A stretch of 64,000 bases of DNA from assembly GCF_009914755.1 (NCBI RefSeq), contig NC_060928.1. One strand, 5' to 3'. The stretch is from the human T2T-CHM13v2.0 reference genome, Homo sapiens. The position numbers and the translations under genes were made by a program. Position 1 is the stretch's first letter. Each line of letters begins with the position of its first letter. Under the pieces are notes generated by a model. That model was not told where the DNA came from. It worked only from the letters and a program-made list of their open reading frames with translations, and did not search any database. Below are positions 53,690 to 64,000 of this stretch, piece after piece.

Positions 53690-54090
53690 CTGAAAAAAAT
53701 CAAAGATGGCACAAACAAATGGAAAACATTCTATTCTCATGGATAGGAAGAATTGATATCAGTAAAATGGCCATAATGCCCAAAACAACGTACACATTCA
53801 ATGCTATTTCTATCAAACTACCAATGTTATTTTTCACAGAATTAGAAAAAAAACTATTCTAAAATTCACATGGAACCAAAACAGAGTATAAATCATGAAA
53901 GCAATAATAAGCAAAAATAACAAAGCTGGAAGCATCACCTCACCTGACTTCAAAGTACAGCACAAGGCTACAGTACCCAAACAGCTTGGTATTGGTACAA
54001 AACAGATACATAGACAAATAGAACAGAATAGGTAATCCAGAAAGAATGCTACACGTCTACAACCAATGGATCTTTGATGAAGTTGATAAT
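53690..54090 (+). mobile_element. L1PB/L1MA ORF2 internal fragment
   Basis: [43 protein letters not shown]. Confidence 0.9.
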
Positions 54091-54914
54091 AACAACTGGT
54101 CTGGTGTCTATGAGAAACTCAATAAACATTTTTTCCTTCCTGTAGAGAATAGAAAATTTAATGAATACCTATTAAAAGTGAATAAGTATATATTAACAAT
54201 AAAAGTTGGAGAAAGAAGGCAATATTTTTTCTTATGGGCTGAATTTAACTTAATAAGGTTAAATCAGATTTCAGAATTTCTGTCAAATGAATCGATAATT
54301 TCACAGGAAATTATACTTTTCCGGATATCTTACAATTCAAGTTTGTGATAACATTAAATATTGTGCAGGAGAATTTAAGGAAAGAACCAATGCCAAAAAT
54401 GATCTAAAATTTTCCTTGAAGAGGCAGACATGTATGTTTTGTGAATCTTCTTATATTGTAAATAACACTTAAAAAAATGAAACGTGTATCTAATGTGTGA
54501 CACTGACTCTTTTTCCTCCATTGAAGCAAGTACACAGAGGAATAAATGTAATTAAAATGTTTTCTTCTGTATTTGTATGGGTTATTCTTTCTACAATTCA
54601 GAGGCAGCATTTCATCACTTGGAGAAGGAAGCCTTCATCAGAATAATCACAAACAATACATGGTATAGAGTTTGAGAGCTGCTATTCCCATGCACCCAGG
54701 AAAAGGAGATACTGCAGAAACTGATATTTAATTGGAAGCCTCTTGCAGAGAGACAAAATTCTTCTGGAAAGAGGGCCAGCAAAGTCAAAGAAGCAGTTCT
54801 TAATATTATAAGGAATACAGATACTTGTCTTTTCATCACAAAAATAACCAATAAGAAAAAAAGGGTTTTAAAGATTGGCCAAGCTTAAACTATATTTACC
54901 AATTGTGTAACTTC

Positions 54915-56383
<1,469 letters not shown>

Positions 56384-56619
56384 CTATTATTGTCCACCAA
56401 GAAACATATGAGGAAGCAAAATGAATTTTAATAATAGCATAAAATCTGAGAAAGACACATGTAAATATAGTATTTTAAGGTTCTTATATGAATAAAGTGA
56501 TGTGTTCTTATTTAAACATGTATGTATAATCCCTATATCAACCAACATAAAAGTTAAAAATAAATCATTAAACTGCCCACTCAGTTTTAAAAGCGGATAA
56601 GAATACAAGTTGAATAGTA

Positions 56620-57475
56620 TAAAGATTAGTTAAAAATAAAACAGTGACATGACAAACTTAAAGTAGACAATTTCAATAATTATGTTAAATACAGACTAAG
56701 ATATGAACTGTCAGATCAGATAAAAAAACAAGACCCTACTATATGCTGTCTACAAATCTTGTTTTCAATAAAAAGATACAAATTAAAGGTAAAATGATAA
56801 AGATACCCTATGCTAAAATAGCTAGAGAAACAATACTAACATGATCCACTTAATACATAAAAGACACTTGGCAACATCCTGCATTAATTTTATAAAAAAT
56901 AATAAATTTACCCACTTCCTCAACTTGATAAAGGATATCTACAGCTAATATCCAGTACTTATTGCTGCAAGCCTCAGTGCTCTTCTCTTGATGTTAGAAT
57001 GAAGGCAAGTATGTATATTCTCACCATTTCTAGTCAACATTTTCCTACAGACCTGGCCTGTACACTAGGGCAAGAAAAAGAAATAAAAGGCTTTTTGGAA
57101 ACCAAAAGTCATGATTGCCTATGCAGAAAATTTAGTGAATAATACCCACAAAACATTCTGCTAGAATCAATCAGCAAGTTTTACAAGGAAATAATATACA
57201 AGATCAATATATAAAACTCAATTATACTTTTTTATGCAAATAATGAAAAATCAGAAATTGAGATAAAAATAACGTTAAAATATCACCAAGTATAAAAGCA
57301 CCTCTAGAGCATTTGAGTAAAGAGTTCTAAAAGTGTGTTCCTCAATCAAAGCAATGATAATAGGGCAAAACTTATCAAAATCAACTATTTCAGAATTCTG
57401 GAATAGTTGAGAAGGCCTGCAAAAATTCAAGGAGCATTCATTCAAGAGAAATGGCTAAATCCTGGGGAAAAATTT
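56620..57475 (+). mobile_element. Old L1M fragments (EN start, RT pieces, probable 5' region)
   Basis: aagaccctactatatgctgtctaca; ggcaagaaaaagaaataaaagg; atacaagatcaatatataaaactca. Confidence 0.65.
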
Positions 57476-59077
57476 CCTGCTTTCCTTGGGAATGGCAGGG
57501 AGGGGGCAGGGAATGTCAGGATATTTTGTAATGCTGCTAATGACTCTGGGATCACAAAATATATAACAGGGCATTGGCAAATAACAGTATCTTTTGATAT
57601 ATCAAGTAGCACATTACATTTTACATGTAATAGAAAACCTTTCTGAAACATAATTTCATATTTTGGCTTCATCTTTTATAGGTTATAAATACCTATATTT
57701 ATAACCTATATAAATGTAACTTATGTTTATTTATACAAGCCCAAATGTAACTTATGTTTAGTAATGCTAAATTATATTTACATAGATATCAAAACAATTG
57801 TTTACATTTTTACTATCATTAACAAGATCAATTGTTTTGTTAATATAAAACTACAGCCTCTTGTATTTGTGAATTGTTGTTTTACATAGCTAAGGTATTT
57901 AAATACCTATTTATGAATTCAGTTATATTAACTGAACTACTTTTTTATCATCAAGCAAGATAAACATTTACTGAAAATTATGTATTTTATAGAACAGGTG
58001 AAACTTTTACCAATACATTGCTGTTTTACCACTTATTAAATTTTATTTTTATCCTATGGTTGGTCTAGCTTGGAAGCTAAAAATTAAGTGGAATTATCGG
58101 ATATCATAAGAATCTGCCTGATTTAGACTTCATGAATCTAAATGTTCTTATTACTTTTATTTTAAAATAGCTTCCTACGGGTTTGTAATTCAGACAAATT
58201 GTTTGAATTTCTGAAACAAATAAGCAAAATAGAGTCTTGATATTGTTTGCTCTCTGAATTTATTACTGCTTAGATCAAAAAAGCTGAGGAAGGATGGTCT
58301 CATGATATTGAATTTGTAACACATTACATTCTAGAAGATACAGACTTGGAATTAAAATTCAACTTGACATTTTAAAATGTTATTAAATTTACTATCAGTC
58401 AGAACATTCTGTAGAACAGAACATTTTCATTGAATCTATGGCAAACTATTTTGGTTTGGCATTTAGGGCTCAATTACTTTGGAAGGACATTTGCCCATAG
58501 AAGCTGATTGATTCATTCATATTCCATCCCCAAAGATATCATAGTTTAAAAAGGGAACTGCATCCCCATTCCTTAATGTGTTGATTATTAAATAGTCATG
58601 ATTAAGCTTATGTTTCTGAAATAATAACTACCTTTGAGATTATTTTACCTTAAAAATATAGCAAATTCTAACATAATTAACAAAATATAAAATAGTGATA
58701 TCATGGGAGATTTCTTTTAGTGCCCACTAATACTTGGGTAGTATTCAAACATTTTTATTAAAATTATCCTGTTGGTTCCTTGTGTTCTATCAGTAATAAG
58801 ATTAGTTAATACACAGTGATTTCCACGGCAAGAATTTAGACTGCTAAAAGCAAGAATTAGAGAGGCCAAAACACTAAATGCCTAGAGTGTGTGATTAGTA
58901 ACGTTTTTCTTTATCTCAGTGCTTTTGAACAAGTCACTGACTTTTCTGAGATGTATAACCTTTTAATTTTAATTTTCTTCAATGAATGCCTAAAATTTTT
59001 GTGGTGACTCTTCTTCAAAAATAAATAACACTATTACAGAAATCAAACTTAGTAAAGAAACTGAGTTGATGTCAATA

Positions 59078-59146
59078 CATATATATATATATATATATAT
59101 ATACCATACACATATATACACATGCACACATTCATACACATATATA
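59078..59146. repeat. (TA)n/(CA)n compound microsatellite
   Basis: Seen directly. Confidence 0.85.
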
Positions 59147-59462
59147 CTCTTTCCTGCAATGTGGAATGTCCAATCCCGTTCATCACCAACCTTTCTTAGA
59201 TCACTTTCTTTTCCAGCTCTATCTCATAAGCCACATATTCAAATGATCTCTTATCTGTATCATTGTCTTATGTAAAGTTCTGTGCTGGCTCCTTGGAGTA
59301 CTGCAAATCAGATTTGTTTTATCTCTTTAGGTTGGTGTCTCCAGTGTATCTCCTGGCTAATCTTTATATTCTCATTACTTTTCACATTATTGCTTATGAA
59401 AAAAATTTTTCTTTATTTCTTATCAAGAAAGTCCTCTTTCGGTGACATTTGCATCTCTGTAT

Positions 59463-59876
59463 CAGAGATTTTTAACCTTTTCTTATGCTATGGACAACTT
59501 TAGCAGACTGGGAAGCCTGAGTCATTTTCCCAAGAATAATGTTTACTTTGGATTACAAGAGAAACTAATTACATTGAGATCCAAATGTGTAAATAGTAAA
59601 GAATAACTGTATTATATAGTAATTTATGTGCCCCTTTAAAATTATTAATATATTACAGTGGGTCTAACAATTATGATTTTGAAATGGTGATGAGAGTAAA
59701 CAAGATTTTGTGGTATCTATAATGATACCAAATTATCATTATATGAAAATATATGTGTAATATGAAAATTTGCATAATTTTTATTGGTGACAATGTCACA
59801 GACACTGCTAATACCTACTGCGGGTTTTTGCCTACATTTGTAATGGGATCTCAAGACCCAAGAATGAGGATTCTGC
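59463..59876 (+). mobile_element. MER119-like hAT-Charlie element
   Basis: cagagatttttaaccttttcttatgctatggac...ggattacaagagaaactaattacattga...ttggtgacaatgtcacag. Confidence 0.7.
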
Positions 59877-59899
59877 TTTATATAATTTTCTCTGCTGGT

Positions 59900-60910
59900 C
59901 TAGAACATTTCTCTCACCCCCAAAGGAAAATTTCTGCCCACTGTAGTCATTTCCCATCCTTACTTCCAACCTTAGGGAACTACTGATCTGGCTTTTGCTT
60001 CTGTAGATTTGTTTTTTTATTTTGAATACTTCATATAAATGAAACCATATGATATGTGATCTTTTGTGTCTAGCTGTTTTCACTTAGCATAACATTTTGT
60101 CTCTTCCTTCATTTTGCAGCATGCAACAGTAATTTGTTCCTCTTTATTACTGAAGAGTATTCCATTATATGGATATACTTTTGAGTAATGACGCTATAAG
60201 CTTTTGTGTAAACATTTTGTGTAGGCAAATATTTTCATTTATTTTGGGGAGAGACCTAGGAGTAGAATTTATCAGTCTTACAAAGTTTAACTAATGTTAA
60301 AGTTTTAAGCAATTGTTAAAATCTTTTCCAAAATAGGTGCGCAATTTTACATTCCCTCATCAATGAGGATTTCATCTTTTCTACACCTTCATTAACACAC
60401 GTGCATGTCTGACTTTTGATTTAGCTTTCCTTGTGTTTGTAAAGCATGATCTCATTGTGATTTTACTTCATATTTCCTTGATGTCTAATGATGTTAGCAT
60501 TTTTCATGTGCTCATTTGCCATTTGTATATCTTCTTTGGTAAAATATCTATCCAAGCTTTCTGCTCAGTTTTTAATTCGGTTATTTGTCATCATCTTATT
60601 AAATTGAATGAGTTATGTATTCTAGCTAAAGTCTCTTATCAGATATATTGCTTGCAAATGTTTTCTTCTAGCCTGTAGCTTGTATTTATACTTACATAAG
60701 GGTATATTCTGAAACACAAAAGTTTTAAATTTTGATGACAAACTTTGCCTAAACCAAGATCATCAGAATTTACTCCTGTTTTATTTTTTAAGTTTTATTT
60801 TTGCCTCTTACATTAGGTCTAATTTTATATTATGTCATATACTAAGTCTAATTAGGTACTAATTTATAAGGTCAATTTTGAGTGCACTCTGAGGTATGGG
60901 TCTAATTCAT
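59900..60910 (-). mobile_element. Old L1M 3' region
   Basis: aactactgatctg...gtattccattatatggatatac...gatctcattgtgattttacttcatatttcc. Confidence 0.8.
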
Positions 60911-61553
60911 TTATTAATTAAGAGGAATTGAAAGTTATTTAAATTTCTTCTTTTGCCCTTTAATACATCAAAAGTCAGGCTTAGTAGTGTTGGTAAATAA
61001 TATTATGGGGAAATCTATACAGAAAAATGAATGAAGAAACTGTTAATTTATTCTTTAGTCCCTAAGGGAAGTGTGGAAACAAAAATAGAAAAGAGACAAA
61101 AAATTTCTGAATTATGTTCTGATTCTCTTTTCTGTGGGCCTTGTCTTACTAAGGAGTACATTATGTTAATGATCATAATTTAAGCTAGGAGCAGACACAT
61201 GTTACTCATAATCACCGTTGGGAGTGTACGTGCAGACTCCTCATTGGCCACTCTGTACCAACTGGCATGCAGCTACATGAGAGTAAATTTGGCAGGACAG
61301 TATGAGTTGGGCAGCTTGAAAGAGATGGCTAGATTGAGTCTTCTTGAGCCATATTATTTCCACAAAACATAGACACAGCACCATAGGTGATTTTTTTTTA
61401 GCAGCATCCTTCATACACAGGGTAAGGCGGTAGTATAAGAGCCCTGCAGAATAACCTGGCTGAGCCAAGGTTTAATAGAGACATGGCCATATTTGATTGG
61501 TCTCTGTCCAACTGATCTCAGACAGGTTAAGCAAAGAGATGCTACTAATTCTT

Positions 61554-61848
<295 letters not shown>

Positions 61849-62269
61849 TGCTACTAGTTCTTGTCTAAGTCAAAAGAGACAAGCTTACCCGTTACATCAG
61901 CTACAATATTCAGCTGAAAGGGCAGCAACACCCTAATGGACAAGAGACATCACTTCAAAGGGAGGTAAAAGCATCTACACTTGATAACTTACACATTTTT
62001 TAACTGCCCTGAGTTTACTCAGGTGGTGTGCGCTTCTCAACTAAACCACACCCCAGTCCTCCCACTTGAAAAATGTCAGAGAAAAATGAGCAAGGGAATG
62101 GGTAGGCCACAGGAGGGTCTAAACATTTTGGTATCAGCCTGAACACTGCCTAACTACACTGATAAAATGATCAGAAAATAAATATTTAAATTGGATTGAT
62201 CACGAAAAGAATTTTCTCAGTAAGTAGCAGGGGGTTAAAAATGATCAATTCAGCTACACACAAAATAAG

Positions 62270-63046
62270 TTTGGCAGGCAGCTCTAAAGAAACTCCCAAT
62301 AATCCCCACTTCATCATATCCATGCTCCTGCATAATTCCCTTGCCTTGCACATGAGAAGAACCTAATAACTTGCTTTTAAGAAATAGAACATGGCTAAAG
62401 TGATGGGATGTCACTTTCATGATTTTTTTTTTTTAATTTGGAAGTTAGATTTAATTAATTTTTTTTGCATTCCAGGACTTATGGAATTTTTTTTATTATT
62501 ATTACACTTTAAGTTTTAAGGTACGTGTCCACAATGTGCAGGTTAGTTACATATGTATACATGTGCCATGCTGGTGTGCTGCACCCATTAACTCGTCATT
62601 TAGCATTAGGTATATCTCCTAATGCTATCCCTCCCCCCTCCCCCCTCCCCCCACACCACAACAGTCCCCTTCCATCACCCTTTCTCTTACTGACACCCTT
62701 GCCCTGGTTCCGATGAAGCCAATTACCACATTGTGAGATGTTCTGGGAAAGGACCACATGGCAAGGAAATAAGGGAGGCTTCTGACCAACAGCTTGTGAA
62801 GAATTGAAACCTTAGTTACAAGTCAGCTGGAACAGAATCTTACCAACCACTATATTAGTGAGTTAAGAAGTGGATCCTTCCAGTAAAGCTCTGAGATGAG
62901 GGCAGCATTGTGAAAATCTCAGGCCTGGAGGAGCCACCTAAGCCACACCTAGATTCTTGGTCCACAGAAACTGTAAGATGATAACATTGCTGTTTTATGC
63001 TACTAAGTTCTGGAGTAATTTGCAATGCAGCAATAGAAAACTAATA
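62270..63046 (+). mobile_element. MLT1F-like MaLR LTR interrupted by a short L1
   Basis: aatagaacatggctaaagtgatgggatgtcact...ccacatggcaaggaa...gcagcaatagaaaactaata. Confidence 0.85.
62423..62669 (-). mobile_element. Short L1PA3/4-like 3' end with a 3'-transduced segment
   Basis: L1 3' UTR 62495-62669, T-tract 62487-62494, non-L1 62435-62486, second T-tract 62423-62434. Confidence 0.88.
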
Positions 63047-64000
63047 ATTTACATTACATATATATATATATATCTGGAAAAGGGTGATAAATGTTTTTTG
63101 GTTTACAACATATAATGGTGACTAGAGGTCACAAAGGGTCTGAAAATGTTTCCCTTTTCATGTAGTTGAGTGTGAATTTGGGAAGGTACAATTGTACTTC
63201 TTCTCTCTAGCATCATTGAAATGAAGCCTCTTTGAGCATCACATAGTTGTATATGTATCACACAGAGTGTATATATATATACATTCGCTGAAGTTTACAC
63301 ACCCAGGCACCTCCCCCAAAATTTCTTTCAGTCATTGCACACTAAGGATACTGTGGGGAGTAGGAATTCATCAAATTTAATTAAAACTTGAAAAGCATGG
63401 TGTTTCTTATGGAATATAAGGAGCTAACAAAATATACTTAAGAGTGTTTAACTGTTGGTTTTGAATTAACATAGTCCAACAAGCTTATTTGACAGGTGAA
63501 TAACAATTATTCTTTTTCCTGGAAGAAAAGGGCATTCTTGAAAAATCATGGAAAGCTTTGATTACCAACTTTCCATGACTAAACCTCAATACAAACCCAG
63601 AAGCTAAGAGTAGGCTGGAGAAGGCAATGCCAAGTTAATTATTAAATACAAAAATGGAAACTTGAAAGAGTTTAGGGAAGTGGAGCTGAACCTAGTAGCA
63701 AAATCAGAATTATGCATAGGAGCCAAGATCAGGAAGGCACTCTGAAAGGATTAGGTAGCATGGAACTGAGTTGCTAACAAGGAATAACTTAATTTTCCAA
63801 ACTGTGTGATGCTCAAAGAGGCTTCATTTCAATGATGCTAGAGAGAAGAAGTACAATTGTACCTTCCCAAATTCACATTCAACTACATGAAAAGGAAAAC
63901 ATTTTTAGACCCTTTGTAAGCCCTAGTCAGCATTATATTTTGTAGACCAAAAAAACATTTATTTATTATCACCCTTTTCCAGATCTTTTCTATTTTTAAA

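Noticed and set aside
54575-54670. Plus-strand exon after ttctttctacaattcAG
   Set aside because: The donor (GTATAG) is weak and no peptide is recognisable; not supportable.
58262-58322. Mini-exon encoding IKKAEEGWSHDIEF
   Set aside because: Both splice sites are weak and the segment is too short to distinguish from chance.
62120-62142. tggtatcag as a primer-binding site after an LTR
   Set aside because: Only a short match, and the upstream sequence could not be recognised as an LTR.

Overview
AT-rich, CpG-depleted primate (human-like) non-coding genomic DNA, dominated by transposable elements. I find no convincing host protein-coding gene, RNA gene, CRISPR array or prokaryotic system. Every ORF with recognisable protein homology is a TE remnant: L1 ORF1/ORF2, Tigger1 transposase or ERV gag. 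The main elements are: many L1 fragments of different ages (mostly minus strand); a full-length Tigger1 with both TIRs and TA duplications (17871-20264); a class I ERV (LTR9/HUERS-P3-like, Pro PBS, decayed gag) that lacks its 3' LTR (22756-30373); MaLR/ERVL/ERV1 solo LTRs; seven Alu-type SINEs; and MIR, L2 and hAT fragments. The notable signals are structural: an L1 3' transduction, L1 insertions with target deletions, a twin-primed L1, an orphan L1 5' half, an antisense LTR8 piece inside the ERV, several local templated or fold-back duplications, and a few isolated exon-like segments. Subfamily names come from recalled consensus sequences, not from a database search, and boundaries of old elements are approximate. 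I do not see evidence for a new biological system.
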